This document shows positions 55,704-64,000 of a stretch of DNA of 64,000 nt, one piece after another. This DNA is from an uncultured Bacillales bacterium (GTDB lineage Bacteria > Bacillota_I > Bacilli_A > RF39 > UBA660), in contig CAMNHK010000004.1 of NCBI GenBank assembly GCA_946539445.1, positions 5,897 to 69,896 on the forward strand, written 5' to 3'. The first letter of the stretch is position 1; every line of letters starts with the position of its first letter. The notes below the pieces were generated by a model. That model ran no database searches, had not been told where the DNA came from, and saw only the letters and a list, made by a program, of their open reading frames with translations. A program made the translations under genes and the position numbers.

Positions 55704-56672
55704 TTAGATAACACTTCTTACATGGGAAAATAAGCTATTTCCAATTTTAATAACACTTACTGGCCAAGTAGAACTTCCTGGACAATAGTGTTTTACAACG
55801 TCATAGGGAGATGTTCCTTCGTAGTATTTTCCTCCAGGTGTTAGATAGCTTCGATGGAGCATACTGGCATGATAATCTATAAATTCAGGAACAGAGTTGA
55901 AATAACCAAAACCACCTCCACTATTACTTCCACATCCATTGGAAGGATGGCTAGCGGTTTCACGAACTCCTCCTAAGTTATTACAATTTCTACTAATGTT
56001 TGATGTTATCCAACCTGACTCTAATGCTTCTATTCCAATTAGGAAAAATACATTTACACTGTATTTTTGTTCAGCAGTGATTAAAGCTTGCGCATAAGGA
56101 ATAAAGTTTTTGGCTTTTCCTCCATGAGCATTTAATATTCCAATTAATTGAGTACTTGTTAGATTACTAATTCTTGTTACATTGGTACTATCCCAAACCA
56201 CATCTCCTACTTGTTGAGCGGTCCCTTCAATATATTCTCCTGTATAAGAACTATTTCCAGTCCCGTTGGTTGTTTCTCTTTTCTTTCCTTTTTCATATTC
56301 GGATGGATCACTTAAAAATTTTGATTTTTTGGTTCCGTAAGGATCAATATAAGTTGGAGTTCCAGTCGGATTATTTACACTGGACCAGCAAGCACTTACG
56401 GAGAAATTTTCTCCTAACATATTCATCACTACGTTTACAAAAACGGGAATCATAAAAACAATAACAGCGGCTAAAGCAGCATTTTTTATTTTTGGTAATG
56501 CTTTTTTATCGTCTGGATTTGATACTAATTTGATTAAATTTAATGTTAGGGATATCATTAATAAGATTGGAACAATGATTTGAATTAAATTCATAATCCT
56601 TTTTAAGATAGCTAAGGTTGCTCCTAAAGCTGCTGATGAACATCCACTATATACACTTAATAACTCTATCAT
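55704..56672 (-). CDS. Membrane-tethered GH73 N-acetylglucosaminidase-like protein
   Basis: The N-terminal 90 aa contain 2-3 hydrophobic segments. The C-terminal part reads YSVNVFFLIGIEALESGW...NNLGGV...GFGYFNS..., a glucosaminidase block with an ALESGW-type catalytic Glu. RBS is GGGAGG. Confidence 0.7.
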   Translation of the reverse strand: MIELLSVYSGCSSAALGATLAILKRIMNLIQIIVPILLMISLTLNLIKLVSNPDDKKALPKIKNAALAAVIVFMIPVFVNVVMNMLGENFSVSACWSSVNNPTGTPTYIDPYGTKKSKFLSDPSEYEKGKKRETTNGTGNSSYTGEYIEGTAQQVGDVVWDSTNVTRISNLTSTQLIGILNAHGGKAKNFIPYAQALITAEQKYSVNVFFLIGIEALESGWITSNISRNCNNLGGVRETASHPSNGCGSNSGGGFGYFNSVPEFIDYHASMLHRSYLTPGGKYYEGTSPYDVVKHYCPGSSTWPVSVIKIGNSLFSHVRSVI

Positions 56673-56690
56673 ATTCTATACCTCCCTTAA

Positions 56691-56719
56691 AATATACCAT
56701 ATTTTGGTTGGTTTCTCAA
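56691..56719 (-). promoter_or_regulatory. Sigma-A promoter: TTGAGA, 17-nt spacer, TGGTATATT
   Basis: Read on the minus strand upstream of the GH73 gene. Confidence 0.65.
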
Positions 56720-56744
56720 TAAAAAAAGAAGAGGAGCTCTTCTT
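56719..56744 (-). terminator. Terminator after the FIST gene
   Basis: AAGAAGAG-CTC-CTCTTCTT followed by T7 on the minus strand. Confidence 0.65.
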
Positions 56745-57931
56745 TAATTTTTTCCAAATGCTGTAAAAGAAAGCATTAACCCTCCACAAATATTGGAAGA
56801 ATGTTCATCGTAACCATATTCTCCAAATGTAAAGGCGGTTATAAAAGGAACACCTTTGGCTTCTTTTACTAACTGTTTATGAACTTCGTCTATTCGATTT
56901 CCAATTCCTAATTTTCGGCCACCGCAGTGAATTAAAATATAGGCTGCAGGATCTGCATATAGTTTTCGTTTTACTTCTTTTAAGGTATTTCCAGTGGAAT
57001 GGATTAATTCCTCTACTGTTGCTTCTAACTGGATAATAGCGGTTCCTTCTACTACTTTATTTCCTAAAGTAATAGTATCGTCGGAAGTCGTTTTGGTTCC
57101 CATATCATTTCCAAACATAGGATGACGAATAACCGTTAAGTTTCCTAATGGATCTTTAATTCCTAATGGTTTGGTAATTGATGCGATTAACAAATTTTGA
57201 CCTATTAGACTATTTGGACTTACATTGGTCCAATGAGCATATTTCTTAAGGGCTGAGATTCCATCAATCGTTACTAGGGTACGATCATTTTCTACTTTGG
57301 TAATTAGTCCTCGATTATCGGTTTCCCGATATGCACCTGTAAAAGAGGTTGCAATTTCATTATCGGTATAGAAAAAGGCTACGGCTACGCCATCATTTAT
57401 AATTTTATCATTGCAAATGATTTTCCAGTTTCCTTCTACCGTATCATCTGCAGCGCTACCACCAAACATAGGAACTCTTCCGATTACATCTTGGATACCC
57501 ATTAGGTATTCTTCTTCCTCTTTGGGGCTCGCTACCATATAGAAATAAGCGGGTGCTCGTGTAGTTCTAGCATTTTCTACTGCTTCAATGGCCACTTTTC
57601 TGCCGACTGCTCTGGCATTTCTTCCAGCTTCATGACAAGCTACTCCTACTACCATATCAGGATCATTTAGAGATAATACCCCTGCAAATCCTTCTTCGGA
57701 TGTTATATAGCCATCTGGCACAATAATTCCGCCACTACTAGTGCATCCAATAATGGGAGCCATGGTAGCACTTTGAACCCCTTTTACTACTTTTTTTATA
57801 TTACTTTTAACAGAAGTAAATAGAAAATTTAATTTTACATTGGTAAAGTCTTTGCATGAATCTTTGGCAGATTCTAATCCCATCATAAAACTATCAGGAT
57901 TGATGCTATAACCTACTTTTGACTTTAGCAT
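56744..57931 (-). CDS. Stand-alone FIST_N plus FIST_C domain protein
   Basis: 395 aa. The strings IIGCTSSGGI, MFGGSAADD and FGEYG....HNxx-like (FTFGEYGYDEHSSNICGG) are typical of FIST. No output domain is present. Confidence 0.7.
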   Translation of the reverse strand: MLKSKVGYSINPDSFMMGLESAKDSCKDFTNVKLNFLFTSVKSNIKKVVKGVQSATMAPIIGCTSSGGIIVPDGYITSEEGFAGVLSLNDPDMVVGVACHEAGRNARAVGRKVAIEAVENARTTRAPAYFYMVASPKEEEEYLMGIQDVIGRVPMFGGSAADDTVEGNWKIICNDKIINDGVAVAFFYTDNEIATSFTGAYRETDNRGLITKVENDRTLVTIDGISALKKYAHWTNVSPNSLIGQNLLIASITKPLGIKDPLGNLTVIRHPMFGNDMGTKTTSDDTITLGNKVVEGTAIIQLEATVEELIHSTGNTLKEVKRKLYADPAAYILIHCGGRKLGIGNRIDEVHKQLVKEAKGVPFITAFTFGEYGYDEHSSNICGGLMLSFTAFGKN

Positions 57932-57945
57932 TTTCTATCCTCCTT

Positions 57946-59097
57946 TTAATAAGCTGATTTATAAATATTAATAATATCGTCTACAGTAACATTTCTTGGG
58001 TTACCTGGAGTACAAACATCTTGAATGGCTTGATTTGCTAATGCTGGTAACATTTCTTCTGGAATTCCTATTTCTCTTAAAGTTTGAGGAATTCCTAATC
58101 TTTTTGATAATCCCGCAACCGCATCGGCTACTTTGGATACGGCTTCTTCATCGGATAAGTTATCCATGTCTAATCCAAAGGCTTTTCCCATATTACGGAA
58201 TAATTCTGGGCAAACCACCCCATTAAATCTTAATACATGAGGCAATAATAAAGCATTGGCAATTCCATGTGGAGTATCAAAGAATGCTCCTAGAGAATGT
58301 GCCATAGAATGTACAATTCCTAATCCAACATTTGAGAATCCCATTCCAGCAATGTATTGAGCATAAGCCATTTTTTCAATTGCCAAATCATCTTTGTCGT
58401 TGGCTGCTTTTTCAAGGTTCTTGTAAATTAGTGCCATCGCATTAATATGGAACATATCAGGTATTAACCATCCTGCTTTGGTAATATAACCTTCCATTGC
58501 GTGTGTTAGAGCATCCATTCCTGTAGATGCTGCTAACTGTTGTGGCATTCCTTGCATTAAATCTGGATCAATGATGGCACAAACGGGGATATCATGTACA
58601 TCTACACAAACCATTTTTTTGACATTTACTTCATCGGTAATAACATAATTAATTGTTACTTCGGCAGCTGTTCCTGCTGTAGTTGGTAAAGCAAATAATG
58701 GTAATCCTTTATTTCTGGTTTCTACTGCTCCATTTAAACTGGTTACTCCACTATGTTCTGGATTTCTCATAATAATAGAAATGGCTTTGGCTGTGTCTAT
58801 TACACTACCTCCCCCTACAGCAACGATACTATCTACGTTACTAATTTCTGCTAATGTTAATCCATCTTGAACATTTTTAACGGTTGGATTTGGTTTGATA
58901 TTCATATAAACAAAAAATTGAATACCTTTCTCTTCCAATACTTGTACAATCATATTAGTAACTTTTGCTTCCATTAAAGTTTTATCCGTTACCAATAACA
59001 CTTTTCTTAATCCTCTTGAGATTAATTCTTCTCCTAATTTCTTACGTGATCCACGACCAAAATAAGAAGTTTCGTTTAAAACTACTCTATTTATCAT
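57946..59097 (-). CDS. Iron-containing (group III) alcohol dehydrogenase, lactaldehyde reductase FucO-like
   Basis: 383 aa with GGGSVIDTAK and the metal-binding histidines (DALTHAMEGY, HSMAH, HG). Substrate is not determinable from the sequence. Confidence 0.8.
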   Translation of the reverse strand: MINRVVLNETSYFGRGSRKKLGEELISRGLRKVLLVTDKTLMEAKVTNMIVQVLEEKGIQFFVYMNIKPNPTVKNVQDGLTLAEISNVDSIVAVGGGSVIDTAKAISIIMRNPEHSGVTSLNGAVETRNKGLPLFALPTTAGTAAEVTINYVITDEVNVKKMVCVDVHDIPVCAIIDPDLMQGMPQQLAASTGMDALTHAMEGYITKAGWLIPDMFHINAMALIYKNLEKAANDKDDLAIEKMAYAQYIAGMGFSNVGLGIVHSMAHSLGAFFDTPHGIANALLLPHVLRFNGVVCPELFRNMGKAFGLDMDNLSDEEAVSKVADAVAGLSKRLGIPQTLREIGIPEEMLPALANQAIQDVCTPGNPRNVTVDDIINIYKSAY

Positions 59098-59169
59098 CTT
59101 CTAGCCTCCCTATTATTATCATTATATCATACTTTATTATCTGTAAAGACTTTTTTCCTTTTAAAAGTA

Positions 59170-59201
59170 AGAAAAAGACACATTTTTACTTTAATGTGTC
59201 T
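59170..59201 (-). terminator. Terminator at the tsaD 3' end
   Basis: AGACACA-TTAAAGTAAAAA-TGTGTCT followed by TTTTTC on the minus strand. The stop codon sits in the loop. Confidence 0.6.
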
Positions 59202-60190
59202 TGTGATTTTGAATTTAAGTTTAAATCTGCTCTTCTACCATCTAAATAAGCATAATAACCAGCAGATGCTATCATGGTTCCATTATCGGTACAATACTTC
59301 ATTGGTGGAATGGATAACTCTACTCCTAATTCATCCGTTAATTCTTTCATGGCAGTACGTAGTCCGTTATTGGCAGCTACTCCTCCGGCAACAATTACAT
59401 TTTTTATTCCTTTATCTACAATTGCTTTTCTAGCTTTGGAAATGATGGAAGATACGGCTACTTTTTGGAAAGAAGTTGCTAAATCCTCTTTACGGATTGT
59501 TTCTCCTCTTTGTTCTTCATTATGAACTAAATTAATAACGGCACTCTTTAATCCACTGAATGAGAAGTTATAACTATCATCTTGTAGAGGAATTGGAAGT
59601 TTATAAGTATCATGTCCTAAGGCTGCTAGTTTATCTAGTTTTGGACCTCCTGGGTACTCTAAATCCATAACTCTTGCCACTTTGTCATAACACTCTCCAA
59701 TAGCATCGTCTAGAGTTCCTCCTAATTTTTGAAATTGATAATGTCCTTTCATTTCTATTAGTTCAGTATGTCCACCACTTACTACTACGGCTAGTAATGG
59801 GAATTGTAATTCTTTTACTAAACTATTGGCATATATATGACCTGCGATATGATGAACCGGAATCAATGGCTTATTGTAGACAAAAGCTAATGTTTTAGCG
59901 GCTTCTAATCCGATTAATAAAGAGCCAATTAAGCCTGGTCCATAGGTAATCGCAATGGCATCGATTTGATCCATTGTCATATTGGCTTTTTCTAAGCATT
60001 CTTCTAATACCATTGTTATATTTTTAACATGATGACGACTAGCAATTTCTGGAACTACTCCTCCAAAATTCTTATGTACATCGATTTGCGAAGAAATAAC
60101 GGTAGATATTTCCTCCGTACCATTTTTTACAATAGAGGCACTTGTCTCATCACAACTTGTTTCAATTCCTAATATATATATATCTTTCAT
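59186..60190 (-). CDS. tsaD: tRNA t6A37 threonylcarbamoyltransferase TsaD
   Basis: ILGIETSCDETS, HHIAGH and VSGGHT motifs. The start was moved from the track TTG to ATG 60190 (MKDIYILG). Confidence 0.95.
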   Translation of the reverse strand: MKDIYILGIETSCDETSASIVKNGTEEISTVISSQIDVHKNFGGVVPEIASRHHVKNITMVLEECLEKANMTMDQIDAIAITYGPGLIGSLLIGLEAAKTLAFVYNKPLIPVHHIAGHIYANSLVKELQFPLLAVVVSGGHTELIEMKGHYQFQKLGGTLDDAIGECYDKVARVMDLEYPGGPKLDKLAALGHDTYKLPIPLQDDSYNFSFSGLKSAVINLVHNEEQRGETIRKEDLATSFQKVAVSSIISKARKAIVDKGIKNVIVAGGVAANNGLRTAMKELTDELGVELSIPPMKYCTDNGTMIASAGYYAYLDGRRADLNLNSKSQDTLK

Positions 60191-60235
60191 AATATCACCC
60201 AATTCCCACTTATTTTAACATAAAAGACTCTTTTT

Positions 60236-60643
60236 TTAAAGAGTCTTTTGTTCTATTTTTCGTTCCATTAATATTCCATCGATTCCTTGGTAATACCCTG
60301 GTCGTATGGCTTTTTTTAAAAAGCCATTTTTTTCATATACTTTTATCGCAGGAGAATTATTCTCTTTTACTTCTAACGTAATATCTTTGTTTACTCTTTT
60401 TATCATTTCTTTTAATAGATAATCTCCTTTTCCTTGATTACGAAAAGGAGTGTCTATCTCAAATTGATTAATTTCTGCTCTTTCATATATATCACTATAG
60501 TAAATATATCCAATAATGCTTTCTTCTTTTAAAACTAGAAATTTGGCAAATGGATTATTACTAAATTCTTTTTCCACAAATTCTGTGGATAAAAAGGAAT
60601 CCTGAATTTCTTTTATATTGTCTTTGGTTATTTCCAAAATCAT
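60236..60643 (-). CDS. rimI: GNAT acetyltransferase, RimI-like
   Basis: 135 aa with the acetyl-CoA loop FRNQGKGDYLL. It sits in the conserved tsaB-rimI-tsaD position. Confidence 0.7.
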   Translation of the reverse strand: MILEITKDNIKEIQDSFLSTEFVEKEFSNNPFAKFLVLKEESIIGYIYYSDIYERAEINQFEIDTPFRNQGKGDYLLKEMIKRVNKDITLEVKENNSPAIKVYEKNGFLKKAIRPGYYQGIDGILMERKIEQKTL

Positions 60644-61263
60644 AATTTGCTTTCTTCCGCTTCTGTTAATTTTAAATATTCTGGATTAACAGCATGAGGA
60701 TTGATTGGCTCTTTGTCTTGCCAGTAATTAACGATTTTCAACATATCTGGATTATAAGATTCTCTTTCTGGGAATTCTTCTAATTCATCATTGGTAATGA
60801 CCTCATATTCTGGAATATCCCTTAATTTTTCTTTTAAAGCCTCAATCGTTATATGTTGTGGTTTTACGATTTCTTGATAGTCTTTATCATATACTCCCGC
60901 AAATACATATCCTCTTCTGGCATTTATCATTGGTACATGAACCATTTCTTTTTTACTTGACATAGCCATTGCTTCTAACGAATAAATGGTTGTGATTGGA
61001 ATATTTAAACTCCATGCATATACTTTCGCAATGGTTAATCCAATTCGAATTCCTGTAAAACTACCTGGTCCATTTACTACTATAATTTTATCAATATCTT
61101 TGGCACTTAAATTCGTTTTTTCAAACATAGAAACAATTCTTGGCAACGCTACTTCGGATAGACTTTGTCCATACTCTTCTTTAACTTCTGCTAGTAACGT
61201 ATGATTCTCAACAATAGCGGAATATAAAAAACTAGACGAAGTATCTATATATAATAATCTCAT
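60640..61263 (-). CDS. tsaB: tRNA t6A37 biosynthesis protein TsaB
   Basis: MRLLYIDTSS...VNGPGSFTGIRIGL. Confidence 0.9.
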   Translation of the reverse strand: MRLLYIDTSSSFLYSAIVENHTLLAEVKEEYGQSLSEVALPRIVSMFEKTNLSAKDIDKIIVVNGPGSFTGIRIGLTIAKVYAWSLNIPITTIYSLEAMAMSSKKEMVHVPMINARRGYVFAGVYDKDYQEIVKPQHITIEALKEKLRDIPEYEVITNDELEEFPERESYNPDMLKIVNYWQDKEPINPHAVNPEYLKLTEAEESKL

Positions 61264-61718
61264 AATATTGCCTCACATAATTCTTCATATTTTCTTCCAT
61301 ATGGTGTAATGGTAATAATACGTTTATCTTCATCTTCTTCAGAACTCTTTATCTTAATATCCAAACGTTTTTCTGGTAAATAGTCTGGAATTAAATCGGC
61401 CCATTCGATTATGGTAATTCCTTTTTTTGTATAGTATTCTTCAATTCCTAAGTCATCTACTTTCCCATCTAAACGGTAAACATCCATATGATAAAGTGGC
61501 ATTTCTCCTGAAGTATACTCTTTGATAATATTAAAAGTTGGAGAAGTAACTTCTTCTTTTACTTCTAAGGCTTGAGCAAATCCTTTTGTAAATACAGTTT
61601 TACCAGTTCCTAAATCTCCCATTAAACAGATTACCATGTTTGGAAATTTTTCTGATTCAATATTTTGTGCTAATTCAATTGTTTCTTCTTCTGAATATGT
61701 TGTAATTTTAAAATCCAT
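61260..61718 (-). CDS. tsaE: tRNA t6A37 biosynthesis ATPase TsaE
   Basis: GDLGTGKTVFTKG (Walker A), SPTFNI and HMDVYRL motifs. The start was moved to MDFKITTY (ATG 61718, RBS AGGTGA). Confidence 0.9.
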   Translation of the reverse strand: MDFKITTYSEEETIELAQNIESEKFPNMVICLMGDLGTGKTVFTKGFAQALEVKEEVTSPTFNIIKEYTSGEMPLYHMDVYRLDGKVDDLGIEEYYTKKGITIIEWADLIPDYLPEKRLDIKIKSSEEDEDKRIITITPYGRKYEELCEAIL

Positions 61719-61736
61719 TTCTATCACCTAAACCTT

Positions 61737-61764
61737 ATTATACCAAAAAATGTAAGTTATACAA
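61737..61764 (-). promoter_or_regulatory. Sigma-A promoter: TTGTAT, 16-nt spacer, TGGTATAAT (tsa operon)
   Basis: Read on the minus strand about 20 nt upstream of the tsaE start. Confidence 0.7.
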
Positions 61765-61800
61765 CTCTTTCAATTAAGTTTTTCTTTCACTGTACAGATA

Positions 61801-63078
61801 CTATCTGGCAATTGAAATCTGTTTTACTTGGATTGATGGAGACGAAGTTGACAAAGAATAGGTTTTTAAATCGGAACCGATCTCTTCAATATTTGACAAT
61901 AGTTCAAAAATGGTTGTTGTCATAATAGATGGTTCTATTCCCCTTACTAATTTTCCATCTTTTATTCGAAATCCAAATATTTGTAAAGATATTTGTCCAT
62001 TATTACTATTAATGGAGGTACCACTTGCTCCCATATAGTCGGTAATATAGATTCCATCTTTTATGGATTCTAATAAATCCTTAAAGTTTTTCTCTCCTGG
62101 TACTACGTACATATTTCTAGTACCAATTCCTTGATAACCATTTCCTGTGGATTTTTGGTTTTTGATTTTTGCTTCTTTAATGTTGTAAAAAATACTTTCT
62201 ACTATTCCATTTCTTACTACCGTTTTTTTACTAGTTTCCCAGCCTTCATCATCAAATAATCGAAATCCTGGCATATCTTTGTTTCTTGGATCTTCGATAA
62301 TGGTTAAAGATGGATGAAAAACTTGTTTTCCTATTTTATTTTCCATGCAAGATACTTTATTACGAATACTGCTTGCTGATAACATATCGGTTAAATGACT
62401 AATGATTCTACTAGCTACTCTAGAAGATAGTAGAATCTCATATTTTCCTGTTTCTATCTTTTCTTTTTGAGATTGTAATACTACTTTTTCCATTACATTT
62501 CTGGTAAATTCTTCAAATGGAATTTCCTCTTTTTTCGTTGTTAAGATGGAATCATCAAAGCTAGTTGTTTCATCTTCTTTTTGAGCAATAGCTTCTACCA
62601 TAAAATTACATAAATGGGAGTCTGTAGAAATATCAACTCCTTCCATACTAACAATACGAGTATTGGTATAAGTTTCTGAATAATAACATGTTAGTTTTGT
62701 GATGCTGGAATATTCCTCTCTTAAGTGATCTAATTTCTTGCACCTTTTTATTTCTTCACTAATATCAAAGGATAGTGGAGTGTTCTTTGGAATTTGTCTA
62801 TTTCCGGACAAATATTCATCTTCATAATTTGTGTCTGTTGCGATGGCCTTTTCGATTAGAGTATCTAGTACTTCTTCTTCTAGGTAATTTGAACTAGCTT
62901 TAACAGTTTTTCCATTATACTCGGATTTTATAGAATAATTGATATTATCATAATCTTCAAAAGATTCTATTTCTCCATTAATGATTTCTACACTACTATC
63001 AATCGTATGTTTTTCTGTTATTTGAATGTTGGAAAAATTTTTTTCTCTGGCTTTTTCAAAAAATTCTTTTATGCTCAT
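61801..63078 (-). CDS. pmbA: PmbA/TldE-family metalloprotease subunit
   Basis: 425 aa of the TldD/PmbA fold without an HExxxH motif. It overlaps the TldD stop by 4 nt. Confidence 0.75.
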   Translation of the reverse strand: MSIKEFFEKAREKNFSNIQITEKHTIDSSVEIINGEIESFEDYDNINYSIKSEYNGKTVKASSNYLEEEVLDTLIEKAIATDTNYEDEYLSGNRQIPKNTPLSFDISEEIKRCKKLDHLREEYSSITKLTCYYSETYTNTRIVSMEGVDISTDSHLCNFMVEAIAQKEDETTSFDDSILTTKKEEIPFEEFTRNVMEKVVLQSQKEKIETGKYEILLSSRVASRIISHLTDMLSASSIRNKVSCMENKIGKQVFHPSLTIIEDPRNKDMPGFRLFDDEGWETSKKTVVRNGIVESIFYNIKEAKIKNQKSTGNGYQGIGTRNMYVVPGEKNFKDLLESIKDGIYITDYMGASGTSINSNNGQISLQIFGFRIKDGKLVRGIEPSIMTTTIFELLSNIEEIGSDLKTYSLSTSSPSIQVKQISIAR

Positions 63079-64000
63079 TCTTCTTTTCCTCCTACTAATA
63101 TTTTACTTACTTTAATAGTTGGTTGACCAATCGTAACAGGAATCATTCCACTTTTACTTCCACAGTACCCTGCAGATATTACTAAATCATTGGAAATCAT
63201 TTCTACATTTTTTAAGATTTCTTTGCTGTTACCAATTAAGGTTATACCTTTTAGTAATTGTTTTACTTCTCCATTTTCAATTAGTCTTGCAGTATCTACT
63301 GCAAAGTTAAAATCTCCGGTTGCTGGATTCACACTTCCTCCACTCATTTTTTCACAGTATACTCCCAGACTAATACTTTTGATCATATCTTCTATCTTAT
63401 CATTCCCAGGTGCTAAATAGGTATTACTCATTCTGGAAGTGGTTGGATATCGATAATCTTGTCTTCTTCCACAACCATTGGATTTCATTTTCATCTGCTT
63501 ACTGTTAAAATCATCTACTAAATATTTTTTTAATATTCCTTTTTCTATTAAAACATTTTTCTCTGTTTTATTTCCTTCATCATCGATTATAGAACTACCC
63601 CAAGCATCTGGTATTGTACCATCATCAATTAATGTTACTTTATCGGAGGCAATCTTCTTTCCTAAGTCATCAGAGAAAACAGATAAATGTGGGGCTACCG
63701 CTGTTGCTTCTAATCCATGACCACAAGCTTCATGGAAGATAACCGCTCCAAAACCAGGGGCAATGATAACGGGTAGTTCTCCTCCTTTAAAATCTACAGC
63801 CGTTAGTTTTTCCACAGCTGTAGTTGCTGTTTTTTTCATCATTTCTTCGATATTTACTTCTTCTAATAATTCATATCCTTTTCCAGAACCATAATCCACA
63901 AATTCTTGCTGTTTTTCATTTCCTTTTTCCGCATAAACTGTGGAAATAATTCTTGTAAGTACCGAATTTCCTCTACAATACTTCCCATTTGAATTGGCAA
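63075..64000 (-). CDS. tldD: TldD-family metalloprotease. The 5' end lies outside the window
   Basis: It contains FHEACGHGLE (HExxxH). I checked that the frame stays open upstream of the track GTG (63899) through nt 64000. Confidence 0.8.
   Translation of the reverse strand, partial: ANSNGKYCRGNSVLTRIISTVYAEKGNEKQQEFVDYGSGKGYELLEEVNIEEMMKKTATTAVEKLTAVDFKGGELPVIIAPGFGAVIFHEACGHGLEATAVAPHLSVFSDDLGKKIASDKVTLIDDGTIPDAWGSSIIDDEGNKTEKNVLIEKGILKKYLVDDFNSKQMKMKSNGCGRRQDYRYPTTSRMSNTYLAPGNDKIEDMIKSISLGVYCEKMSGGSVNPATGDFNFAVDTARLIENGEVKQLLKGITLIGNSKEILKNVEMISNDLVISAGYCGSKSGMIPVTIGQPTIKVSKILVGGKEE

Noticed and set aside
55067-56672. Whether the GH73 gene and its anchored partner mark a prophage or conjugative-element remnant (mobile_element call).
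   Set aside because: I found no integrase, recombinase, relaxase, capsid, tail or coupling-protein genes. There are no flanking direct repeats and no adjacent tRNA. The observation is kept only as a finding about unusual architecture.

Overview
This is an AT-rich, standard-code chromosome segment from a low-GC Gram-positive bacterium (Bacillota). The gene content and the many N-terminally anchored orphan proteins suggest an Erysipelotrichia or Clostridia-like organism, but that assignment is tentative. There are about 57 protein genes, and all but five lie on the minus strand.

Layout from left to right:
- 1-1200: a truncated uracil permease with a terminator-containing leader.
- 1.2-5.3 kb: a TSCPD 4-Cys protein, a FemAB-family transferase, two membrane orphans and a DagK-like lipid kinase.
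- 5.3-22.8 kb: a large cell-envelope glycopolymer locus. It holds a Glf-like flavoprotein, MnaA, seven GT2/GT4 glycosyltransferases, TagG/TagH-type ABC exporter genes, an SGNH esterase, two GtrB-like polyprenyl-phosphate glycosyltransferases, one GT-C-like membrane enzyme and a Wzy_C-GT4 fusion.
- 22.8-33.5 kb: a kinase-less six-PASTA membrane protein, a 1184-aa GH73 autolysin, an LCP ligase with a (DK)n tail, and LtaS with a coupled partner.
- 33.5-47 kb: YihY, a degenerate-GGDEF sensor, gatCAB, ligA, a nucleotidyltransferase and pcrA.
- 46.8-50 kb: a thioester-domain adhesin operon with a dedicated sortase.
- 50.6-53.3 kb: an NMT1/Ssu-type ABC importer on the plus strand.
- 53.3-55.1 kb: an ABC-F ATPase behind a consensus promoter, an 11-codon leader ORF and a multi-helix attenuator.
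- 55.1-59.1 kb: a membrane-tethered GH73 enzyme with a partner, then a FIST and Fe-alcohol-dehydrogenase operon.
- 59.2-64 kb: tsaE-tsaB-rimI-tsaD and a TldD/PmbA pair, with TldD truncated by the window edge.

I found no rRNA, tRNA, CRISPR array, IS element, integrase or recognisable defence system. I cannot point to one clear-cut new multi-gene system. The best candidates for novelty are listed as findings and all rest on reading translations by eye:
- the ABC-F attenuator
- the TED adhesin with a VPDTA signal and its overlapping sortase
- the kinase-less PASTA protein
- the DGNEF pseudo-cyclase
- the Wzy_C-GT4 fusion and the non-teichoic composition of the glycopolymer locus
- the membrane-tethered GH73 pair
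- the FIST-ADH pair

Several ORF-track starts were moved to downstream ATG codons that have proper Shine-Dalgarno (ribosome-binding, RBS) sites.
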